Assembly: GCA_965208325.1 (NCBI GenBank)
Contig: OZ242326.1
Span: 2,272,001-2,336,000 of the forward strand
Origin: Candidatus Poribacteria bacterium
GTDB taxonomy: Bacteria; Poribacteria; WGA-4E; PCPOR2b
Reading direction: 5' to 3'
DNA length: 64,000 nucleotides
A program made the translations under genes and the position numbers. Shown here piece by piece: positions 37,821-47,400 of this stretch; the stretch's first letter is position 1, and the number at the start of each line of letters is the position of its first letter. The notes below the pieces were generated by a model. That model was not told the origin of the DNA, searched no databases, and was given only the letters and a program-made list of their open reading frames with translations.

Positions 37821-39575
37821 CTACTCACCCCCCTTTTCCACCACAACAATCTCCCGATTCACCTCAAGATTTTCCAACACCTGCACAATCCCGCTTGGCC
37901 AGCGAATTTCAAGGCGGTCAATGCGAGTATGATCGCCTAGACCAAAGATTTCCCGCGGATCGTTGCTGCTCAGATAACTCAAGCCAGTGCGCACCTCTTG
38001 CATCTGCGATTTGGCACCTGCTGTCACCGTTACCCGCGCGCCAATGCCGTCCCGATTGCTGGCCGTCCCTACCAACTTAATTCGAACCCAGTTGCGCCGA
38101 TTACCACCGTCGTTTCGCAGCAGTTCTGCCGGCTGGTTCGACTGCGTCACGACGATGTCGGTGTCTCCGTCGTTGTCATAGTCCCCAAAGATTGCCCCGC
38201 GGCTGACGCCTTCGCGGCGGAAATACGGACCGGATTTGAATGACACCTCCGTAAATGTGCCGTCGCCGTTGTTATGAAACAGCTGATTGCGCTGCGCGTA
38301 GGTGAGAACGTCCGTTACTTGGGCGATTGCCTCGATAATATGCCCGTTGGCGATGAAGATGTCGGAGTAACCGTCATTGTCGTAATCGAAGAAGCGCGTA
38401 CCGAACCCCACAAATAGATAACTCTCCTTTCCTAAGTTCGCCTCGTAAACGATATCAGAGAACGTCCCGTCGCCGTTGTTGCGGTAGAGCGCGTTCGTCT
38501 CATGCGACAGATTGGTGACAAAAATATCAAGATTGCCGTCACCGTCGAAATCCCCGGCATCAACCCCCATTCCCGCTTGAGCCACACCGTCGAAGCTAAA
38601 GGCGCAGCCCGCTAGAAGCCCCGTTTCTGTAAAAGTGCCATCCCCGTTGTTGTAGAACAGGAAGTTTGGCGTGTCATCATTCGCGACGTACACATCTGGC
38701 TCGCCGTCATTGTTAAAATCCGCCGCGACAACGCCCAAACCCTTTCCGCTGTGCGGACCGCCGATGCCGCCGAATCCCGCTGCTTGAGTGGCATCTGTAA
38801 ACGTTCCGTCCCCATTGTTGCGGTAAAGGCGGTCAGGCGCCCCGTCAAAGTTTTTCGGGTGGCAGTGCGTGCGGATGCCGTGAACCCCGCAGGGACGATA
38901 AGGAACATCCAGTGAATAAAGCACATAATTGGCAACGTAAAGGTCGAGGTAACTGTCACGGTCGTAATCAAAAAAGGTTGCGCTAGTGCCCCACAGCGCG
39001 TCTCCTACGCCCGCAGTTTCGGTCACAATTGTAAACGTACCATCTCCATTGTTTCGATAGAGCACATTTGCGCCAAAATTCGTCACGTAAAGGTCGGAAT
39101 CGCCGTCGTTGTCGTAATCGCCGCACGCAGCGCCCATCCCGTAATTGCCGGAGTTTCCCACCCCAGCCGTGTCGGTCACGTCCGTGAACGTCCCGTCGCC
39201 GTTGTTGCGGTAAAGGATGCTAGTATCCGTACCGTCCGAGTCGGTACCGGTTAAGTCCCCGCTGTTCACCAGATATAGGTCCAGGTCGCCGTCAATATCG
39301 TAGTCAAAGAATGCCCCGCCGGAACCGATAGTCTCGGGCAAATGGTAGTCGCCCTTAGCGCCGTTCACATGCCGAAAACGGATTCCCGAATCAGCGGTGA
39401 CATCAATGAACCGGATTTCATGATTGTCCGCGTTAAGACTGGCGCATTTCAACAGAAGAATCAAGAACGAAAACCACGTAATGTACGTGCTCAACCGCCT
39501 GTACGATGACCTAAAGTTTCTGCCATTTTTGAAAAACGCACGGGCGCCGATGCTCCGATGATACTGAATTGACAT
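37821..39575 (-). CDS. CRTAC1 family protein (FG-GAP/VCBS repeats + ASPIC/UnbV domain)
   Basis: Repeated DYDNDGD.DLYV and LYRNNGDGTF; C-terminal SNRDGIGARV...FGLG...IRWPSG. Confidence 0.92.
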   Translation of the reverse strand: MSIQYHRSIGARAFFKNGRNFRSSYRRLSTYITWFSFLILLLKCASLNADNHEIRFIDVTADSGIRFRHVNGAKGDYHLPETIGSGGAFFDYDIDGDLDLYLVNSGDLTGTDSDGTDTSILYRNNGDGTFTDVTDTAGVGNSGNYGMGAACGDYDNDGDSDLYVTNFGANVLYRNNGDGTFTIVTETAGVGDALWGTSATFFDYDRDSYLDLYVANYVLYSLDVPYRPCGVHGIRTHCHPKNFDGAPDRLYRNNGDGTFTDATQAAGFGGIGGPHSGKGLGVVAADFNNDGEPDVYVANDDTPNFLFYNNGDGTFTETGLLAGCAFSFDGVAQAGMGVDAGDFDGDGNLDIFVTNLSHETNALYRNNGDGTFSDIVYEANLGKESYLFVGFGTRFFDYDNDGYSDIFIANGHIIEAIAQVTDVLTYAQRNQLFHNNGDGTFTEVSFKSGPYFRREGVSRGAIFGDYDNDGDTDIVVTQSNQPAELLRNDGGNRRNWVRIKLVGTASNRDGIGARVTVTAGAKSQMQEVRTGLSYLSSNDPREIFGLGDHTRIDRLEIRWPSGIVQVLENLEVNREIVVVEKGGE

Positions 39576-39637
39576 TGACAGAATAACCTCTTGCTTCTCT
39601 CCGGACGCGTATTCTACCGCCTCATCTGCTCACGTTT

Positions 39638-40912
39638 TCACTTGCCTGACGGTTCATCTTTTTGGGACTTGAGCTGCTGATAGGTATGAAACGCTTCTTC
39701 CGCTTTTGCGGAGAAACCCGCGCGTTTGTAGATTTGCGCCAGAGTTAGGCGGAAGGCAGGCTCGGATGGTCTCAACTGGACCGCTGCTTCTAGTTGCTCA
39801 ATCGCCTTGGGATAGTTCTCTATCGTCATATAAACCGTGCCGAGGCTGTTTCGATACTGCGGAATATCGGGGTGCCGTTTAACAACATCCTCAAATATCT
39901 GCAGTGCTTTCCGATAAGCTTTTAGCTGGAAATATAGGTACCCGAGCGCATCATATCCCCGCGCTTCACTGGGTCTGAGTGTGATGCACTTCTTGAACGC
40001 ACCCGCGGCGGTTTCCCACTGGCGCCGCGCCATTTGAAGCCGCCCCAACTGATACCACGCCTCAACATCCGTATCGTCGTGGCGCACCGCACGCTCAAGC
40101 CGCGCTATCTGTTCCTCATCTTTGCTGAGCCTTGCAAACGTCTCTAACGCCTTGCCGCTGTTTTCTGCTTGACCCATGCGGCGATAACAGTTTCCGAGGT
40201 TCAGGTAGGCCTTCGCGTAGAAGGGGTCCAGTTCGATAATCTTTTTGAAGTGCAGACTCGCAGCCTCGTTTTCGCCGCGCCGAAAGTGTGCCAGTCCGAG
40301 CGTATAGAGGGCGTCGGTACTAGAAGGATCCAGTTCAACAGCGTGTTGCAGCTCACGGATTGCTTCTTCGAGGCGGTTCTGGCGAAAGTAAGCTGTCCCC
40401 AAAAGCGAACGCGCCTGGGCATGGTGCGGGTCCATCTGAGCCGCACGCTCAAGCGGTTCAACTGCCTCGTTCACGCGCGCCAGTTCTACCAGGTAAGTCT
40501 CACCCATTCTGCAGTAGGCTTCGATGTAAGCCGGGTCTGCTGCCGTAGCGTTTTGGAATGCAGCCAACGCCTTGTTCCATCCGTCCCGCGCACCATATAG
40601 TATCCCGAGATAATAATGCGCGTCTGCCAATGATGAATCGAGCTTAATGGCGCGATGCAGCGCTGCAAGCGCTTGTTGATGTTCTTGACGGAAAGCCGCG
40701 CGCAAGCCCTCGTCGTAGGCGCGCGCTGCTTGCTCATCATCGGCATCTACCCCCATTGCGACCAGTATACCCAATGAAAGCATCATCCCAATAACATTCT
40801 GCTGTAAGTGCGTGTACTTAATTGCGCTCTTGCTTTTACTAATCACTCTCCACTCTCCACTAATTACTGCTTCTGTGACTCTCCACTTACCACTATCCCT
40901 ATCGCTCTCCAC
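39638..40912 (-). CDS. Tetratricopeptide repeat protein (true start probably downstream of 40912)
   Basis: Canonical TPRs (AHYYLGILY, AYLNLGNCY, AWYQLGRL); usual partner of CRTAC1-family genes. Confidence 0.88.
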   Translation of the reverse strand: MESDRDSGKWRVTEAVISGEWRVISKSKSAIKYTHLQQNVIGMMLSLGILVAMGVDADDEQAARAYDEGLRAAFRQEHQQALAALHRAIKLDSSLADAHYYLGILYGARDGWNKALAAFQNATAADPAYIEAYCRMGETYLVELARVNEAVEPLERAAQMDPHHAQARSLLGTAYFRQNRLEEAIRELQHAVELDPSSTDALYTLGLAHFRRGENEAASLHFKKIIELDPFYAKAYLNLGNCYRRMGQAENSGKALETFARLSKDEEQIARLERAVRHDDTDVEAWYQLGRLQMARRQWETAAGAFKKCITLRPSEARGYDALGYLYFQLKAYRKALQIFEDVVKRHPDIPQYRNSLGTVYMTIENYPKAIEQLEAAVQLRPSEPAFRLTLAQIYKRAGFSAKAEEAFHTYQQLKSQKDEPSGK

Positions 40913-41022
40913 CGTGTTTCCGCTCGCAAAAAGTATAGATTGATTTCAGAATATATTGCAAGGGAAAACCTGTCCTGCCGCCAAATGCCAAACCGAACAC
41001 TGAAACTAGCGTATAGTCATGC

Positions 41023-41051
41023 TTGACATGATTGCCCCGCTTCGACATAAT
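41023..41051 (+). promoter_or_regulatory. Sigma70-type promoter
   Basis: TTGACA (41023-28), 17-bp spacer, CATAAT (41046-51), upstream of a REP cluster and the nuclease gene. Confidence 0.55.
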
Positions 41052-41078
41052 TACTGTGAACACAAATGTCCGCGCGGC

Positions 41079-41150
41079 GTAGGTTGGGTTTTACTGTAGG
41101 AGGGACATCCCTGTCCCGATAATCGGGGCTAGGAAGCCCCTCCCACAGGG
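41079..41150. repeat. Cluster of GTAG-type REP-like palindromes
   Basis: GTAGGTTGGGTT; GTAGGAGGGACATCCCTGTCCC; GGGGCTAGGAAGCCCCTCCCAC. Confidence 0.6.
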
Positions 41151-41373
41151 GCTTCGCAGCATGGTTACGTCAAGAATGACGGGAGAATACCCGTACACTA
41201 TCCGACCGTGCGGACCTGTGGGTAATTGTAAGCCTGATAAAGAATCATCTGAGCGAATAGCGAATAGTGAGTGCGATAGTTTTGGGGTTAACATCCCTTT
41301 TTAAATTGGATAAATATGTGTAATTTTTGGCTGCAACGACTATAAATGGCGTTTGCACGCATAGCGAGGACGC

Positions 41374-41859
41374 ATGAAAAAGGTATGCGCGTGGCTACTA
41401 TTTGTGGCGTTCGTCGCCGCCATCGGGATAGGCATCAGACTGCGCTGTGATTACAAAGCGCCGGGACACGTCGTTCTGGGTGTGGTCGATGGCGACACAA
41501 TAAAGATTCGTTACGGCGGAGTGGAAGAATCGGTACGGCTCCTCGGCGTCGACACGCCGGAGACGGTTCACCCGGACATTCCGCCGGAGCCTTTCGGCGC
41601 AGAGGCTACGGCGTTTACGAAGCGGCTTCTGCAGGGAGAAAAGGTCGTCCTCCGCTTTGGGCGTAAGCAGCGTGACCGGTACGGGCGCCTGCTCGCATTT
41701 GTCTATCGTACGTCCGATAATCAGCTCGTCAATCTCGAAATTATACGGTGCGGATTCGGGCGCGTATACGGCGACGACTTTCCTAAACGCGGGCAATTCA
41801 TCAAAGCGCAACGAGAAGCTCAAGCCGCGAAAAAGGGGATATGGGGATCAAGCGACTGA
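41374..41859 (+). CDS. Thermonuclease (staphylococcal nuclease-like) family protein
   Basis: VVDGDTI, VRLLGVDTPET, RDRYGRLLAFVY, AQAAKKGIW; N-terminal TM/signal. Confidence 0.92.
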   Translation: MKKVCAWLLFVAFVAAIGIGIRLRCDYKAPGHVVLGVVDGDTIKIRYGGVEESVRLLGVDTPETVHPDIPPEPFGAEATAFTKRLLQGEKVVLRFGRKQRDRYGRLLAFVYRTSDNQLVNLEIIRCGFGRVYGDDFPKRGQFIKAQREAQAAKKGIWGSSD

Positions 41860-42023
41860 ATAAGGAGTGCGATAGTCTTCAAGTCTTCACCTCCCGACAT
41901 CAGAAAGATGTTCGGCGTCGTTATGTTATCGCCAACTGATAAGAGCGCTTTTTTGCCTTTACTGGCCACTGTCCACAGACCACTGGTCACTGCCTTTACA
42001 TTCTTTCTACAGAACGTGGAACA

Positions 42024-42800
42024 ATGACTGAGATGCAACTAGTTTGGCAGATTCCCTTAATTTTAATCACCGGAATCGCTGCAGGTTTCATAAACTCAAT
42101 GGCAGGCGGCGGTTCGTTACTAACGCTGCCGATTTTAATCTTTCTCGGCTTGCCCGCTGTGAAAGCGAACGGCACCAATCGAATAGCTATCGCCATTCAG
42201 TGTGCAAGCGGCGTCGCGGGATTTCATCGCAAAGGGTTTTCCGACTTTCGCTTTAGCGCATTGCTGGTGCTGCCAGCCATCGCTGGCGCCTTAATTGGGG
42301 CGAACATCGCGGTTGACATGCCGGACGTTATGTTCAAAAGGGTGTTGGCGGCAATCATGGTAGGGGTGTTGGGTTTAATACTCGTTAGTTCGGCGAGACA
42401 ATCGCAAGGCGAGCGTGTGATTCCGCGCGTCAGTTGGAACCGCAAGATTGCCGCAATGGTTGTTTACTTTTTTATTGGTATTTACGGCGGTTTTATCCAA
42501 GCGGGCGTGGGTTTTATGATCATTGCTGCACTGACATCAATAAACGGTTATGACCTCGTTCGTGCAAATGCGATAAAGCTGTTTGTCAGCATCTTTTACA
42601 ACTTGGTTGCGCTTGCGGTCTTCATTAAAAGCGGCAATGCCGACCTGTTTTTTGGGTTAACACTCGCGCTTGGTAACGCCGCTGGTGCCTGGTTTGGCAG
42701 TCATTGGGCGGTTGACAGAGGAGAAAAATGGATTAAAGTTGTGCTTGTTGTCACGTCATTGGCATTTGCAATTCGCCTCGTTTGGCAAACCCTTGATTAG
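42024..42800 (+). CDS. Sulfite exporter TauE/SafE family membrane protein
   Basis: AGFINSMAGGGSLLTLP, ANGTNR, GIYGGFIQAGVG. Confidence 0.9.
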   Translation: MTEMQLVWQIPLILITGIAAGFINSMAGGGSLLTLPILIFLGLPAVKANGTNRIAIAIQCASGVAGFHRKGFSDFRFSALLVLPAIAGALIGANIAVDMPDVMFKRVLAAIMVGVLGLILVSSARQSQGERVIPRVSWNRKIAAMVVYFFIGIYGGFIQAGVGFMIIAALTSINGYDLVRANAIKLFVSIFYNLVALAVFIKSGNADLFFGLTLALGNAAGAWFGSHWAVDRGEKWIKVVLVVTSLAFAIRLVWQTLD

Positions 42801-43040
42801 GCGAATAAACACAACTCATTGACCTGCGGCCGCTGGTCGCGGCTTTTGAATTTTGGTGAAGCGATTATTTGAGTAACGGGACTAGCCCGAAAACCCCGAC
42901 ATACGGCAACTCCTATACTTCCAATGCTAACACCATTTCCCTCGACATTTGACCGAATCCCTTTATATTGCTTGCCACCATCGCCTCGTATTTCCTATTC
43001 ACTTCAATAGACATTTTTCCAAAATAATTCCATCGCCCGA

Positions 43041-43176
43041 TAGCCCCAGAGGGGCGACAGGTATATAGAAAACACTGTTACACATCAACATCTAGCCCCA
43101 GCGGGGCGGCAGGTGTATCACGACTACCCTCAAATTGGGCTAATACGCTGTAGGGGCAACCCTTGTGGTTGCCCTT
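43041..43176. repeat. REP-like cluster (two AGCCCCAG.GGGGCG.CAGGT copies plus GTAGGGGCAACCCTTGTGGTTGCCC)
   Basis: Copies at ~43042 and ~43093, a third at ~34328, and a GTAG palindrome at ~43151. Confidence 0.7.
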
Positions 43177-43227
43177 AACCCTTCGGTTTTGTCAACCACG
43201 TTGAGTTAAATAGGAAAGATGTCTAAT

Positions 43228-43255
43228 AAAAAAAAAGGGGAGTTGATAACTCCCC
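43228..43255 (-). terminator. Rho-independent terminator of hicB-hicA
   Basis: On the minus strand GGGGAGTT-ATC-AACTCCCC followed by T9. Confidence 0.85.
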
Positions 43256-43262
43256 CGGTAGA

Positions 43263-43476
43263 TTAGGCTTTTTTGAAATCTTTCCAAGATAGCCCTAATG
43301 ATTTAATTGCATTACGGAGCGTTCCTTCTTCTATATCTCTAGAACCGTGATCTGGAATAACTGCGATTTTGTTGTTTTTGTGGATTAAGCCATTTTCGGT
43401 GCGAACCTCCGGAACGACGCCTTTTTGCGACACAGCCTTAATTCCGTAACTTCGTTGAAACTTTTCTGTAGTTCAT
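43263..43476 (-). pseudogene. hicA: HicA-family toxin pseudogene (premature stop + frameshift)
   Basis: Hand translation: MNYRKVSTKLRN*GCVAKRRRSGGSHRKWLNP, then frameshift at ~43380 to KNNKIAVIPDHGSRDIEEGTLRNAIKSLGLSWKDFKKA*. GSH and P.H..D...GTL motifs present. Confidence 0.85.
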
Positions 43477-43493
43477 TCATAAATCAATCCACT

Positions 43494-43796
43494 TTATTGC
43501 GCCATAGCTGCCTCTAGAGTTGTTTCCAGCACTAAAGGCTTGTGGCCATAGCTTTTCCTTTCTGATGTCATTGTCCCACGATGAAAGATGCCGGCCGGTA
43601 TTTTTCTGTTAGTATCCTCATATAGCTCTAAAGTAGCAATAAGCGCATCCTCTACGTTATGTAACGCTTCATCTACAGTTCTACCATCGGTGAATAATTC
43701 GGGCAATTCTTTACACGTTACAGTGTAGCCGCCTGATGGCTGAAGGGTTAATTTAACTGTAATTCTAATAAAAGAGGATTGGCGTGCATTTTTCAT
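43494..43796 (-). CDS. hicB: HicB-family antitoxin
   Basis: GGYTVTCKELPELFTDGRTVDEALHNVEDAL motif; immediately upstream of the hicA remnant. Confidence 0.88.
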   Translation of the reverse strand: MKNARQSSFIRITVKLTLQPSGGYTVTCKELPELFTDGRTVDEALHNVEDALIATLELYEDTNRKIPAGIFHRGTMTSERKSYGHKPLVLETTLEAAMAQ

Positions 43797-44264
43797 TCTT
43801 TCACTCTAGTCCGATAAAAATTTTGAACTACGGTATTCTCCGATTCTGTTGTAATAGGCGCTATAATAACTTGCAAAACTTCGTAATGTCAAGAGATTTT
43901 GGTGGTACCTCTGCTGCCATCGTTAAATCAGACCACAAATGTAAAGAAGTCTTTTGTAGGTTGGAATCATTTGAGCGGATAGGTCAAACAACTGAATAAG
44001 GAGCGAACAGCGGCTGCGATAGTTTTCAAGTGTCTTCACTAGTCTTATACAACAAAGTCCACCGCTTTTATGCCCTGCCTAGGAAAATTTTGTGATTTTT
44101 TACGCTTAATCCTCGTTACCTCCATCTCCCATGTCCTTCCTGAGAACGAATATACTTTCCAATTCACGCTTGACGCCATATCCGCCGTTTGTTAAACTGC
44201 CTACGGATTACTTTCTGGTTCGGCGAGTTTTGAATGAATTCCGCATTTGTTTCGTGATAGCGAA

Positions 44265-44307
44265 ACCCAACGCTTTTTTCGGTCCAGATACCCAAAAAGC
44301 GTTGGGT
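44265..44307. repeat. 14-bp perfect inverted repeat upstream of giant gene 1
   Basis: ACCCAACGCTTTTT (44265-78) and AAAAAGCGTTGGGT (44294-307). Confidence 0.8.
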
Positions 44308-44460
44308 ATTGCGCCATGTATAAATGTTGACGTGCATTGTTTGGTAATTGACACCACGAATGACATAAGAATTTGATTTTCTAATGCTTAGGAATCGGCA
44401 GCTGATAGGGTTTGGAATAAAGGGATAGTAGAGAGCACAACTAACATCGACAGGGATGAA

Positions 44461-47400
44461 ATGGACCTTCTAGCGAAACGTCAGATTGTAATTTTAGCTG
44501 CATTTATGTTTCTTTTAGTTCAGAGTTTGACTTATGGCGAAACAACGGTTTCAATGAGTCCGTCTACCGTGGAGTCCCCCGCCGTTGGGCAGCAGTTGAG
44601 TTTCAGTATCAACATTACGGGCGGAATAGATGTATCGTATTTTAGGGTAACCTTGACATTTGATCCAACGGCGCTCTCGTATGTCAGCATTTCATCCGGA
44701 GGTTACCTCGGCAATACGGTGTCTGACGATACCCAGACCACTTATGATTCAATAAGATACCGAGAATCAATCAGCACTGGGGTAGACGGGGACGGCACGT
44801 TTGCCACTGTTACCTTTACAGTCCTTGAGGCCAAAGACTCCACAATCGGACTGTCAGCCGGTCTTATTAACTCAACGAACAATTTAATAGATAAAACAGT
44901 CGAAGGTGCTACCATTACTAGTCCGCAAACGACTGGAATATCCATCAGTATAGTAAGCAGCCCGGGGTCTGGAAATCCCGGCGACGATTTGACGTATACG
45001 GTTGAGGTTCAGGAGGACGGAACCGCCGCCTCTGGTAAAACAGTCTCCTTTAGCATCACTTCCGGCGATGGGAATGCGTCTCTGAACCCCGCAAGCGCAA
45101 CAACCGACACCGATGGACAAGCTTCCACGACTATAACGCTTGGACAAAATGCGTCCGGATTCTATACAGTTACGGCAACCGTCGACTCCAAATCTATCAG
45201 CGGTGCTGCAAAAGTTATCCCTCTGCCCGCAGAAATTTCAATGAGTCCGTCTAGTGTGGAGTCCCCCGCCGTTGGACAGCAGTTGAGTTTCAGTATCAAT
45301 ATTAAGGGCGGAATAGATGTGTCGTATTTTAGGGTAACCTTGACATTTGATCCAACGGCGCTCTCGTATGTCAGCATTTCATCCGGAGGTTACCTCGGCA
45401 ATACGGTGTCTGACGATACCCAGACCACCAATGATTCAGTAAAATACCGAGAATCAATCAGCACTGGGGTAGACGGGGACGGCACGTTTGCCACTGTTAC
45501 CTTTACAGTCCTTGAGGCCAAAGACTCCACAATCGGACTGTCAGCCGGTCTTATTAACTCAACGAACAATTTAATAGATAAAACAGTCGAAGGTGCTACC
45601 ATTACTAGTCCGCAAACGACTGGAATATCCATCAGTATAGTAAGCAGCCCGGGGTCTGGAAATCCCGGTGACGATTTGACGTATACGGTTGAGGTTCAGG
45701 AGGACGGAACCGCCGCCTCTGGTAAAACAGTCTCCTTTAGCATCACTTCCGGCGATGGGAATGCGTCTCTGAACCCCGCAAGCGCAACAACCGACACCGA
45801 TGGACAAGCTTCCACGACTATAACGCTTGGACAAAATGCGTCCGGATTCTATACAGTTACGGCAACCGTCGACTCCAAATCTATCAGCGGTGCTGCAAAA
45901 GTTATCCCTCTGCCCGCAGAAATTTCAATGAGTCCGTCTAGTGTGGAGTCCCCCGCCGTTGGACAGCAGTTGAGTTTCAGTATCAATATTAAGGGCGGAA
46001 TAGATGTGTCGTATTTTAGGGTAACCTTGACATTTGATCCAACGGCGCTCTCGTATGTCAGCATTTCATCCGGAGGTTACCTCGGCAATACGGTGTCTGA
46101 CGATACCCAGACCACCAATGATTCAATAAGATACCGAGAATCAATCAGCACTGGGGTAAACGGGGACGGCACGTTTGCCACTGTTACCTTTACAGTCCTT
46201 GAGGCCAAAGACTCCACAATCGGACTGTCAGCCGGTCTTATTAACTCAACGAACAATTTTATAGATAAAACAGTCGAAGGCGCTGCGATTACTAGTCCGC
46301 AAACGACTGGATTATCCATCAGTATAGTAAGCAGCCCGGGGTCTGGAAATCCCGGTGACGATTTGACGTATACGGTTGAGGTTAAGGAGGACGGTAGCGC
46401 CGCTTCAGGAAAAACAGTCTCCTTTAGCATCACTTCCGGCGATGGGAATGCGTCTCTGAACCCCGCAAGCGCAACAACCGACACCGATGGACAAGCTTCC
46501 ACGACCATAACGCTTGGACAAAATGCTTCCGGCTCATATACAGTTACTGCAACCGTCGGCTCCAAATCTATCACAGGTACGGCAACGGTTAACCCGCCGC
46601 CTACGGGAGTTACCATCAGTGTAGTGACTGCACCAGGATCTGGCGACCCCGGCGACGAATTGACGTTTACAGTTGAGGTGCAGGAGGACGGAAGTGCCGC
46701 CTCTGGAAAAACAGTGTCATTCAGTATCACTTCAGGCGATGGAAATGCGTCTCTGAACCCTACAAGCTCAACAACCGACACCAATGGACAGGCTTCCACT
46801 ACGATAACACTCGGAAACAATGCGTCCGGAATCTATATGGTTACTGCAACCGTCGACTCCGAATCCGTTAACGGTGCCGCAACAGTTACCCATCCGCCTG
46901 CGCAAATTTCAATGAGTCCGTCAACCGTAGAGTCCCCCGCCGTTGGACAGCAGTTGACTTTCAGTATCAATATTAAGGGCGGGATAGATGTGATGAGTTA
47001 TAGCACAACCGTGAGATTTGACTCCACGGCGCTCTCGTATGTCAGCCTTACGTCGGGAAATTACCTCAGCAGTTCGCAGATTAACGCTACCTCCGTCACC
47101 AATGATGTATTAAGGCACTCTGGATCACTCTCACTGGGTGAGCCAAGGGTTGGAGTAGATGGCGATGGCACGATTGCCACAGTGACCTTTACAGTCCTTG
47201 AGGTCAAGGATTCTACGCTAAGCCTGTCAGCCCGCCTTAGAGACTCATCGTCACAGTTAATAGATGAAACAACCACAGGCGCTACCATTACCAGTCCGAC
47301 AGTATCACAGACAGGATTATCAATATCTGTAGTAACCAGCCCGGGGTCAGGTAACCCCGGCGACGAGTTGACGTTCTCTGTCGAGGTGCAGGAGGACGGG

